Shown here: one piece after another, positions 14,559-23,139 of the stretch
How positions within the stretch are numbered: position 1 is the first letter of the stretch
Layout of the letters: each line of letters opens with the position of its first letter
Assembly: GCA_965649215.1 (NCBI GenBank)
Contig: CBFGJZ010000004.1
Span: 16,538 to 72,964, forward strand
Origin: a candidate division WOR-3 bacterium
GTDB lineage: Bacteria > Hydrothermota > Tepidihabitantia > Tepidihabitantales > CAIPLT01
Length of the DNA stretch: 56,427 nucleotides
Reading direction: 5' to 3'
Notes under the pieces: model-generated
The model's input: only the letters and a program-made list of their open reading frames with translations
Told to the model about the DNA's origin: nothing
The model's database searches: none
Program-made: the position numbers and the translations under genes

Positions 14559-16999
14559 TGAAAATAAGACTTTGGTTAATTTTACTATTAATATTTTCAA
14601 TAACTGTTTTTGCTCAAGACCTGCTTAAGATTTATTGCATTGATGTTGATCAGGGCGATGCGACGCTTATTGTTTCACCAACTAATCAATACATACTGAT
14701 TGATGCAGGTGATATTTCAGGCAATTATGGCGATAGTGTCTATAGATTTATTAAAAACTTAGGCATTACCCACCTTAAACATACTATTGCAACTCATTAT
14801 CACGCTGATCATATCGGTGGATTTCCAGTTGTTATCTGTTCTTTAAGTGGTGGCGCAAACCGTAACGATTCAGTATTAGGATGGTGTTATGACCGCGGTG
14901 ATTCTAATCCAACTCTTACTCAACCATATAATTCTTATGTTACTGTATGCACCCTCAATAATAAAAGAAGAATCATCGGTTTAGGTGAAACTTTAGATTT
15001 AGGCGGTGGCGCAATGATGATCTGCGTTGCTCGAAATGGTCAAGTCGTTAATGGAACAGGCGTTACCCCTAACGAAGAGAATGATCGCTGTCTCGCTTTT
15101 ATATTAAAATATGGACATTTCAAATTTTTTATCGGTGGTGATTTAAGTGGTTCAAATCAAGCCGGCTATCGGGATGTTGAAAGTTGGGTTGCACCAGTAG
15201 TGGGAAAGATAGACGTTTTACGAGTAAACCATCATGGTAGTAAATATAGCTCTAACCGAACATTTTTAGATTCGTTAAAACCGCGAGTCGCAATTATTTC
15301 CGTTGGGAATAATCCATATGGCTATCCCTTTCAAGAAGTTATTGACAGTTTAGTGAGTCGTAATTCATTTATCTACCAACTGAATGAAAATCCCAGTGGC
15401 GGAGGTAGTATACCAACAAATTGTGGTCGCATCTTAAATACAAATGCCGAAATCATCGTAAATAATATTGACTTTATTGTAAATGGTGATACCTATCCAA
15501 TAAGAGGTGTCAGACGAGATGCTTCCGTGTTAGAAATAATTTCTCCTAAGGACACTATTACTGAAGGTATTGAAATAAGGCCACGGGTAAAAATTAAAAA
15601 TTGTGGTAATATTACTGATTATTTTATGGTAAGATTCCAAATTGGCTCTGTCTATAATAAAACTAAAACAATTTCTGCTTTGGCATCACAAGATACCATT
15701 ACGATAAGTTTTGACACAACTTGGATAGCTCAATCAGGCAATTACCAAATTATATGTTCAACTGAAGTTAGTCGTGATAGCAATCCGACAAATAACAAAC
15801 AAACTACAAATCTTACCGTCTTACCTGCTATAAGTGGTTGGCATAATATGAAAACAATTCCTAAACCGATTCAGGATGGTGGTGCATTAACAAGTTCTTC
15901 AAATCAAATTTATGCTTTTACAGGTAATAGCCGAGCTTTTCTTGTATATGAGCCCACCAATAACTATTGGCAAGTAAAAGAATCAATTCCATTTGGTTAT
16001 AATTTAGGAAAACTAAAAACAAAAGTTGTTAAAAGGGGCGGAGCTTTAACATCCGGAAAAGACAATTTAGGATTTGAGGTGATTTATGGCCTTAAAGGAA
16101 ATAATACTTACGAAGTTTGGAAATATATAATCCATCAAAATAATTGGCAGCAAATCAATCAATTTTATAAACCATATAAAGGTGGTTCAGCAATTGTCTA
16201 TTACCAGAAAGGTTCTCAGAAATTGCTCTTTAGCTTGTGGGGAAATACCAAAGAAAATGATTTTCAAGCTTATAATATTACAACAGGCCAATGGTTAATA
16301 AAAGATACAGCACCAGGTAAGTTCAAGGATGGCAGTGCCATGACGGTAGTACGAGATTCTATCTTCGTCTTAAAAGGTGGTGCTAAAATTAATGAATTCT
16401 ATTGTTACGATATAATCCAAGATACTTGGTTATCGCTAGCACCAATGCCTCAAATCCACCCTCATATAGAACGAAACAAAAAAGTTAAATCTGGTGGCGC
16501 ATTAACTTATGACGCGATTACTAATAAAATTTATGCCTTTAAGGGCGGTGGTACTCAAGAATTTTGGAGTTATGATATTTATACCAATATATGGACTTTC
16601 CAAGAAACAATTCCTACACTTCCGCCGGGAGATAAAAGAAGTGTTGTTAAAGCTGGTGGTAGTTTAACTGCCTTAAATGGAAGAATATTTGCCTTTAAAG
16701 GCAATAAGCGAAATGAATTCTGGCAATATATTCCAACTTACCAAAAAATCGCTAATATTTATAATAATTCAAATAAAATTCCTACCCCGCAATCAAACAA
16801 GTTGAATAATAATTCCATCCTAACTCTTAAAGAAGGTGCTATCTATAATATAAACGGACAAAAAATCATTCAGATTCCAGAATCTGATTTTATTAATTTA
16901 GAATATAAAAATCTAAAGCCAGGAATATATTTTATTGTATCTAATCCTACCAACAACAATTCCAAAGGTTCTATACGCAAAATAATCATACCACGATAA
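14558..16999 (+). CDS. Secreted ComEC-type MBL-fold hydrolase paralogue with CARDB-like domain, six Kelch-like repeats and T9SS C-terminal sorting domain
   Basis: The ATG overlaps the upstream TAA. THYHADHIGG and VNHHGS motifs. The N-terminal ~400 aa are clearly alignable with the upstream gene. Repeats of K.VK.GGAL......IYAFKG....EFW.Y. CTD tail LKPGIYFIVSN..IRKIIIPR. Confidence 0.7.
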   Translation: MKIRLWLILLLIFSITVFAQDLLKIYCIDVDQGDATLIVSPTNQYILIDAGDISGNYGDSVYRFIKNLGITHLKHTIATHYHADHIGGFPVVICSLSGGANRNDSVLGWCYDRGDSNPTLTQPYNSYVTVCTLNNKRRIIGLGETLDLGGGAMMICVARNGQVVNGTGVTPNEENDRCLAFILKYGHFKFFIGGDLSGSNQAGYRDVESWVAPVVGKIDVLRVNHHGSKYSSNRTFLDSLKPRVAIISVGNNPYGYPFQEVIDSLVSRNSFIYQLNENPSGGGSIPTNCGRILNTNAEIIVNNIDFIVNGDTYPIRGVRRDASVLEIISPKDTITEGIEIRPRVKIKNCGNITDYFMVRFQIGSVYNKTKTISALASQDTITISFDTTWIAQSGNYQIICSTEVSRDSNPTNNKQTTNLTVLPAISGWHNMKTIPKPIQDGGALTSSSNQIYAFTGNSRAFLVYEPTNNYWQVKESIPFGYNLGKLKTKVVKRGGALTSGKDNLGFEVIYGLKGNNTYEVWKYIIHQNNWQQINQFYKPYKGGSAIVYYQKGSQKLLFSLWGNTKENDFQAYNITTGQWLIKDTAPGKFKDGSAMTVVRDSIFVLKGGAKINEFYCYDIIQDTWLSLAPMPQIHPHIERNKKVKSGGALTYDAITNKIYAFKGGGTQEFWSYDIYTNIWTFQETIPTLPPGDKRSVVKAGGSLTALNGRIFAFKGNKRNEFWQYIPTYQKIANIYNNSNKIPTPQSNKLNNNSILTLKEGAIYNINGQKIIQIPESDFINLEYKNLKPGIYFIVSNPTNNNSKGSIRKIIIPR

Positions 17000-17013
17000 T
17001 TAATTTATTCATA

Positions 17014-17042
17014 TTGACAATCTTGGGGGCGATAACTAATCT
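17014..17042 (+). promoter_or_regulatory. Sigma70-type promoter abutting the start codon at 17048
   Basis: TTGACA (17014-17019), 17-nt spacer, TAATCT (17037-17042), 5 nt before the ATG. Confidence 0.45.
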
Positions 17043-17047
17043 ATGCT

Positions 17048-19246
17048 ATGTGGTTTGTAATCTTAGTTATCGGGGCTTCGGGAATTATTGCACAGCTTAT
17101 CCTTATCCGAGAATTATTGGTATTTTTTCAAGGGAATGAATTATCGATTGGCTTAATTTTAGGCAACTGGTTAATTAGTGAGGTATTAGGCAGTTATATA
17201 TTTCGTTATCTTAAAATAACAATTAACCGTTACAACACTCTTATCATAACCTTTGCTTTAATTTTACCTCTTCTAATAATTTTATCTAATCTTTTTAGAC
17301 CAATATTTAAAATTATTCCTGGTGAAATCGTGACGATACCTGCAATGTATTTATTTTGTATACTTGCATTGTTCCCCCTTGGCTTTTTACATGGTGGTCT
17401 TTTTACAGCCTCCGTTTCGCTAACAGTTCAAAAAAAACCAACAAATTATTTAAACACCACTGGTTCTGTTTATATCCTTGAAAATTTAGGTACAATCTTA
17501 GGTGGTATTATCCTCTCATTTATACTGATTGCCTATTTAAGTTCGCTTAGAATTGCAATTTTAGTAAGTATTTGCAACTTTATTGCAATCTTAATTATAA
17601 AAAAACAAAAATGTCATTTTTATAGATATTTAATTTATCTTTGTCTAATAATTCTAATTTTTATTTACATATTCGTCCCTAAGATTGAGAATTGGCTCGA
17701 GCAAAAAAAATATCCCCTTTATCACATCCTTAGTTCTTTTAATACTCCGTATAATAAAATCACAGTTCTTAATCGAGAAGAACAATATATCTTTCTTACG
17801 GATGGTAATCCGACTATAACTGTTCCCTATCCTGATCAAAACTTTATTGAAGATTTTGTACATTTTCCCCTGCTTCAGCATCCCAACCCTCAACAAGTGC
17901 TTATAATCAGTGGCGGCGTGGGTGGTATAATTAATCAAATGCTGGAATACAATTTAAAGAAAATAACTTACTTAGAATTGAATTCTTATTTAATAAATAC
18001 TATTAAAAAATTCTCTACTCATTTAAGCAAAAAAGAATTAACCGACCACCGTGTTTCAATCGTTAATAAAGATGCTCGATTGTTCTTAATGCAAGACACA
18101 ACTAAATATGATTTAATTTTTGTAAACTTATCTTTACCTTTGTCGTTACAAACAAATCGATTATACACCAAAGAATTCTTTGCTCTTTGTCGCGCCAGAT
18201 TGAATCAACAAGGTATCTTAGTAACAATTTCTCCTGGTTCTTTAGTTTATATAGATACCGCTTTACAACAAGTAATTGTATCTCATCTTATCTCCTTAAA
18301 ACAAGTATTTCCCTTCGTCACATTTCTTAAAGGTGATTTTAATTTGTATTTAAGTACCAATGCTAATAGTAACTTTATACTTTATGCCGATACTATCTAT
18401 AATCGACTTGCTAAGCGTAATATTAGTTCAAAATTGTTTAGTTTAGACTATATTAAATATCGCTTACAACATGTATCTTATTTAAACAACCAGCATAACT
18501 TCCTCAAAAAATATCAACATATCAATAGCGATGGCATTCCCCGTGGTTTATTATACAATCTTGCTTATAAAAATACTATGCTCACACCGTCATTAAAAAA
18601 TTTTTTTGAACTGATAAAAAGAATTAATCTTAGAATTATTCTTACTGCCATTTTTATTGTTTTTACTGTTTTATTATTATTCACTAAAAATCGCCGAAGT
18701 ATTTGTCTTGTTTATGTAATATTTACAACTGGTATTACCGCAATGATTTTTACTCTTGTCTTATCTTTAGGTTTTCAAATTCGTTATGGTTATCTCTATT
18801 ATCAAATAAATCTTCTAATAACAATCTTTATCGGTGGCAATGCCCTGGGTGGATTTCTTAGTAATGTGACCAATGCGTATAAAAAAAATAGTTTACTTCT
18901 CAGTGAAGCATTTTTAATAATACTATTAATGATTATCTTGCTTTCTTTGCGTAATCAGGCTTTTCCATCCCTTTTCAATAAACCGATTGATTTTTATCTC
19001 CTTTTATTGATGGCCGGATTTTTGGTTGGGTTTCAATTTCCCCTTACCAATCGCTATTATTATAATTATGAGCGGTCAATAATTAAAGTTGCTGGTCAAT
19101 TATATGCCAGTGACTTATTAGGTGGATTTGTTAGTGCCATAATAACACCTATTATCTTGATTCCAATTATCGGCATTCAACAAACTCTTTTCTTAGCAAT
19201 GATTCTTAAGATGACAAGTCTATTACTTATATTGACATTAAAATAG
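17048..19246 (+). CDS. Polytopic membrane protein fused to a spermidine-synthase-like (class I methyltransferase-fold aminopropyltransferase) domain
   Basis: Multiple hydrophobic helices at both ends. The central domain carries VLIISGGVGGIINQMLEY..KITYLELN and DLIFVNLSLP..TKEFF, as in spermidine synthase family proteins. Confidence 0.7.
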   Translation: MWFVILVIGASGIIAQLILIRELLVFFQGNELSIGLILGNWLISEVLGSYIFRYLKITINRYNTLIITFALILPLLIILSNLFRPIFKIIPGEIVTIPAMYLFCILALFPLGFLHGGLFTASVSLTVQKKPTNYLNTTGSVYILENLGTILGGIILSFILIAYLSSLRIAILVSICNFIAILIIKKQKCHFYRYLIYLCLIILIFIYIFVPKIENWLEQKKYPLYHILSSFNTPYNKITVLNREEQYIFLTDGNPTITVPYPDQNFIEDFVHFPLLQHPNPQQVLIISGGVGGIINQMLEYNLKKITYLELNSYLINTIKKFSTHLSKKELTDHRVSIVNKDARLFLMQDTTKYDLIFVNLSLPLSLQTNRLYTKEFFALCRARLNQQGILVTISPGSLVYIDTALQQVIVSHLISLKQVFPFVTFLKGDFNLYLSTNANSNFILYADTIYNRLAKRNISSKLFSLDYIKYRLQHVSYLNNQHNFLKKYQHINSDGIPRGLLYNLAYKNTMLTPSLKNFFELIKRINLRIILTAIFIVFTVLLLFTKNRRSICLVYVIFTTGITAMIFTLVLSLGFQIRYGYLYYQINLLITIFIGGNALGGFLSNVTNAYKKNSLLLSEAFLIILLMIILLSLRNQAFPSLFNKPIDFYLLLLMAGFLVGFQFPLTNRYYYNYERSIIKVAGQLYASDLLGGFVSAIITPIILIPIIGIQQTLFLAMILKMTSLLLILTLK

Positions 19247-19265
19247 ATTTCACTAAAATAAGTCT

Positions 19266-20507
19266 ATGATATCAATAATTTTATCCCTTATCCTATTAAC
19301 TCAACTACCAACGGCAACCCCAGAGCTTATTGGAATTGAAGCCCCGATTATTGCTGATCAATATCAACTTATGCCAAATGATGGCTTATTAATAAATATC
19401 ACTGGCAAATTGAATTATTCTTATAACACCAATGTTACTTATGAAGGAAAAGTTACTATTAACTTACCCGTCGGTTCGTATTTAAATGAGCAGGGAATAA
19501 GCGTACCTCGTTATGATGTTGTAGATGCGGTTATTGTTAATGGACTAACTTTAAAAGCTGCTCAAGACACTCTTAATAGAATATTTGCAAAATATTTAAA
19601 AGACGTTTCGGTTAAACTTACTTTAATATCGCTTCGTAAAGGTATTGTCTTTGTCAGCGGCGAAGTACAAAAACCTGGCATTTATAACGCAACTCCTGTG
19701 GAAAGAGTTTCTCAGATAATTGAAAAAGCAGGCGGGGTTACACCTATCGGTTCCAAATCAAATATTAAACTTATTCGTAATAATATAGAACAAACTAATA
19801 TCAACATCGATGCGTTTGAAATGTTTGGCAATCTTGAAACAAATCCGCGGGTAGAAACTGGTGATATAATTTATGTACCCGCAGTAACTGGTATTGTCAC
19901 TGTTAAAGGAGCGGTTTTTGGCCGCGGTGAATCTAAATTAAGAACATCGGCACTGACAACTGAAAAAGAACGTATCTCAGAAGGTGTTTATGAATTAAAT
20001 CCAAGAGATAAAATTTCTGATATGATCACCAAGGCTGGTGGCATTACACCATGGGCAGATTTAAGTGCTGGTTATATTGAACGATTAGATATCGAAAAAG
20101 GAAAACGAATCAAAATTCCAATCGACCTCTATCAAATTATCTTTGAAAAAGACACGCTGCATGATTTATTAATGCGTAACGGAGATGTTTTAGTAATACC
20201 ACCGATGAATACCTTAGTGTATGTTCAAGGTGAAGTTACCAATCCCGGTGCTTTTCTGTTTACTCCTAATCTGAAAAGCAGCGATTACATTGGACAAGCT
20301 GGTGGTCCAACCAATTATGCAAATATGCGTGCTTCCTACATCAATCGACAAGATAAGAAAATATCTCTTAAATCCAATCCTTTAGTTGAAGCCGGTGATA
20401 TTATTGTTGTACCTCGTATCAGTTTTAAGTGGTGGCAAGATTATGCTACTGTGATAAGTGCAATTGCCATTCCCATTGCTACCGCATTGCTCTATTTAAG
20501 ATACTAA
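19266..20507 (+). CDS. Polysaccharide export protein with SLBB domains (Wza-like periplasmic part) and C-terminal TM helix
   Basis: Repeated SLBB signatures (V.G.V..PG.Y.......S..I..AGG followed by GDIIYVPA / GDVLVIPP / GDIIVVPR). Confidence 0.7.
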   Translation: MISIILSLILLTQLPTATPELIGIEAPIIADQYQLMPNDGLLINITGKLNYSYNTNVTYEGKVTINLPVGSYLNEQGISVPRYDVVDAVIVNGLTLKAAQDTLNRIFAKYLKDVSVKLTLISLRKGIVFVSGEVQKPGIYNATPVERVSQIIEKAGGVTPIGSKSNIKLIRNNIEQTNINIDAFEMFGNLETNPRVETGDIIYVPAVTGIVTVKGAVFGRGESKLRTSALTTEKERISEGVYELNPRDKISDMITKAGGITPWADLSAGYIERLDIEKGKRIKIPIDLYQIIFEKDTLHDLLMRNGDVLVIPPMNTLVYVQGEVTNPGAFLFTPNLKSSDYIGQAGGPTNYANMRASYINRQDKKISLKSNPLVEAGDIIVVPRISFKWWQDYATVISAIAIPIATALLYLRY

Positions 20508-20992
20508 TAATTAAATTTCAATTTATTTATCTCAAAATCTTTTATTTGTTTGAGACGTTTTAGATGTCGCTTGCCTAAAAACTTTTCTTGCAAAAAAACT
20601 TTAACAATTTCTTTAGCTTTATTATAAGAAGTGAAATCAGCTGCTAATACTAATACATTTGCATTATTATGAGCACGGGCTCGAACTGCTAATTCTTTAT
20701 TGAGGCATAATGCAGCACGAATTCCTTGAACTTTATTTGCGGCAATCGACATGCCAAGTCCTGATCCACAAATTAAAATACCATAATCTATTTTTGGTGA
20801 AATAACTCTTTTACCCTCTTTAATATGCTGACACAATTGAAACGCTACTAATGGATAATCGGCTCGTTCTTCACAATAAACACCAAAATCATTAACGCGA
20901 TATCCTTCGCTAACGAGAAAAAATTTAAGTTTTTCTTTTAATTTAAAGCCGCGATGATCCGAACCAATGCCTAAATATGGTACTTTGGGCAT
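20504..20992 (-). CDS. rpiB: Ribose-5-phosphate isomerase B (RpiB/LacAB family)
   Basis: LGIGSDHRGFKLKEKL.., ILICGSGLGMSIAANKVQGIRAAL, NNANVLVLAADF. Confidence 0.9.
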   Translation of the reverse strand: MPKVPYLGIGSDHRGFKLKEKLKFFLVSEGYRVNDFGVYCEERADYPLVAFQLCQHIKEGKRVISPKIDYGILICGSGLGMSIAANKVQGIRAALCLNKELAVRARAHNNANVLVLAADFTSYNKAKEIVKVFLQEKFLGKRHLKRLKQIKDFEINKLKFNY

Positions 20993-21011
20993 TTATTTGA
21001 GATATTTTGTT

Positions 21012-21935
21012 TTATTTTACGGGTGTTAACCAACCATATTTATCGTTAATTTCACCGTTAATGATACCGAAAAAGTGCTTTTGAATTTGTTTTGTTATTT
21101 CGCCAACACCCCCCTTACCAATGGTAATTTTATCTATGGTGCCAATTGGGGTGATCTCAGCGGCGCTACCAGTAAAGAATACTTCATCGGCAATATATAA
21201 AAACTCACGCAAAAATTTTGCTTCATGCACTTCATAACCTAAATCACGGGCAATTTTTATTACAGAATCGCGTGTAATACCAGGTAAAACGGTCGCGTGT
21301 AATGGGGGGGTATATATCTTATTATCTTTAACCACAAAAATATTCTCACCTGAACCTTCACTCACAAAACCATAGACATCTAAGGCAATACCTTCAACAA
21401 AACCATACTTAATGGCTTCCATTTTTATTAATTGAGAATTCATATAATTGGCACAGGTCTTGGCCATCGCAGGAAAAGTATTCGGAGCCATTCGATTCCA
21501 AGACGATACCATCACATCAACACCTTTTTCCGTTGAACCACTACCTAAATAAGCTCCCCAATAAAAAGTTGAAATTGCTACATTTACGGGACAATTAAAT
21601 GGATTCACACCCAGTTCATTATACCCTCGGTACACCAACGGTCGAATATAACACTCCTCTTGTTCATTTGCCTTAATCAATTCAATAGTTGCCTGATTGA
21701 TTTCACCTTTACTAAACGGAATGTCCATCCGATAGATTTTTGCTGAATTAAATAATCGATCTGTATGCTCTTTTAAACGAAAGATTACCGACCCTTTGGG
21801 AGTCTTGTAACAACGTAGACCTTCAAACACACCCGTGCCATAATGAATCACATGAGAGTTAATATGAATTTTTGCATTATCCCATTCAACTAACTTACCA
21901 TCCATCCAAATATATTTAGCTTTTTGTAAACCCAT
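21012..21935 (-). CDS. ilvE: Branched-chain amino acid aminotransferase (class IV)
   Basis: YIWMDGKLVEWDNAKIHINSHVIHYGTGVFEGLRCY, EGSGENIFVV, PGITRDSVI. Strong SD GAGGAGG. Confidence 0.9.
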   Translation of the reverse strand: MGLQKAKYIWMDGKLVEWDNAKIHINSHVIHYGTGVFEGLRCYKTPKGSVIFRLKEHTDRLFNSAKIYRMDIPFSKGEINQATIELIKANEQEECYIRPLVYRGYNELGVNPFNCPVNVAISTFYWGAYLGSGSTEKGVDVMVSSWNRMAPNTFPAMAKTCANYMNSQLIKMEAIKYGFVEGIALDVYGFVSEGSGENIFVVKDNKIYTPPLHATVLPGITRDSVIKIARDLGYEVHEAKFLREFLYIADEVFFTGSAAEITPIGTIDKITIGKGGVGEITKQIQKHFFGIINGEINDKYGWLTPVK

Positions 21936-22011
21936 GAGGGCCTCCTCTGTTTAATCTGTTATAATTAATAATTTTCATTTCTTGATTATACAACACACAC
22001 TTAATAAAAAA

Positions 22012-22085
22012 TGGCGGCGAAGGGAATTGAACCCCTGACCAAGAGATTATGATTCTCCTGCTCTGCCAGACTGAGCTACACCGCC
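22012..22085 (-). tRNA. tRNA with CAU anticodon (elongator tRNA-Met type; a lysidine-modified tRNA-Ile2 cannot be excluded); CCA not encoded
   Basis: The reverse complement folds by hand into a cloverleaf: GGCGGTG/TA/GCTC-AGTCTGGCA-GAGC/A/GGAGA-ATCATAA-TCTCT/TGGTC/AGGGG-TTCAATT-CCCTT/CGCCGCC/A. The paired 1:72 position argues against an initiator tRNA. Confidence 0.9.
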
Positions 22086-22093
22086 ATAGTTCT

Positions 22094-22121
22094 ATTCTAC
22101 TCTGATATTAAAATATGTCAA
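22094..22121 (-). promoter_or_regulatory. Sigma70-type promoter for the tRNA gene
   Basis: On the minus strand: TTGACA (22121-22116), 16-nt spacer, TAGAAT (22099-22094), 8 nt before the mature tRNA 5' end. Confidence 0.45.
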
Positions 22122-22149
22122 GATTAAGTATCACCTTATTTAAACTTTA

Positions 22150-22178
22150 TTGACATTTAATAAATTTGTTTCTATTGT
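22150..22178 (+). promoter_or_regulatory. Sigma70-type promoter abutting the ATG at 22184
   Basis: TTGACA (22150-22155), 17-nt spacer, TATTGT (22173-22178), 5 nt before the in-frame ATG at 22184. Confidence 0.45.
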
Positions 22179-22183
22179 ATATT

Positions 22184-23020
22184 ATGGTCTGGCAACAGTT
22201 TATCCAAGAATTTAAAGCTAAATTTATAACTCCGCAACAACTTGGTCATATCCTTTTCAAAATTATCAATATTATTCTTATCATTATTGTTTTCATTATC
22301 ATTTATCAAATCATCAGTCGGCTCTTAAAACGCTATCTTCGAAAACATCAACAGCGACGGACATTAACAATTGTTCCTATGATTAATAGTATCTTACGAT
22401 ACTTTATATTCTTTCTTGCGATTGTTGCAATTTTACGGGAATTTGGAGTTAATTATGGTGCGATTTTAGCTGGTGCAGGTGTGGTCGGTCTGGCTGTCGG
22501 GTTTGGCGCCCAAACTCTGATTCGTGATTTTATCTCGGGTTTCTTTATCTTGTTTGAAGATTTAATCAGTGTTGGCGATGTTATTAATGTTGGTAATGAA
22601 TCTGGCACCGTTGAAAAAATCGGTCTGCGCACAACTCAATTTCGTGAATTTTCTGGCGTTTTAAGAACCATTCCTAACGGCGAATTAACCCGTTTTGGTA
22701 ATTTTAATCGTGATTTTATGCGAGCTATTGTTTCGGTTGACTTTGATTATAACTTTGATATTAATCAAGGTTTTAAGATTTTAGAACAAATCGCTTCTGA
22801 ATGGGCAAAAGAAAACCAGTCCGTTATTTTAGAACCGCCGACCGTACAAGGAGTGACCAATTTTGGTAAAGCCGGCGTCACACTGCGCATCGTTGTTAAG
22901 GTCCAACCCCAAGCCGTTTGGCAAGCCGAGCGAGATTTGCGCTTGCGCATTAAAACAACCCTTGATAAACTTAATATCTCAATACCCTTTGACCAGCAAA
23001 CCGTGCATATTAAACAATAA
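22184..23020 (+). CDS. mscS: Small-conductance mechanosensitive channel (MscS family)
   Basis: GAGVVGLAVGFGAQTLIRDFISGFFILFEDLISVGDVI is the MscS pore-helix/beta-domain signature. The ORF track starts at TTG 22166, which lies inside the predicted promoter spacer, so ATG 22184 is preferred. Confidence 0.85.
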   Translation: MVWQQFIQEFKAKFITPQQLGHILFKIINIILIIIVFIIIYQIISRLLKRYLRKHQQRRTLTIVPMINSILRYFIFFLAIVAILREFGVNYGAILAGAGVVGLAVGFGAQTLIRDFISGFFILFEDLISVGDVINVGNESGTVEKIGLRTTQFREFSGVLRTIPNGELTRFGNFNRDFMRAIVSVDFDYNFDINQGFKILEQIASEWAKENQSVILEPPTVQGVTNFGKAGVTLRIVVKVQPQAVWQAERDLRLRIKTTLDKLNISIPFDQQTVHIKQ

Positions 23021-23139
23021 AATTATTTAATAAACAAATCCCGTGATAATATAAACCAGTCGTGACAATAAGACAAATTTTGCACATATTAAACTATCTG
23101 CGCCCGGATTAACAATAATAAGGACGCAAGGAGGAATTT

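Noticed and set aside
22166-22183. TTG at 22166 as the mscS start (ORF-track start)
   Set aside because: It lies inside the spacer of the predicted promoter (22150-22178). The in-frame ATG at 22184 sits at the expected transcription start instead.
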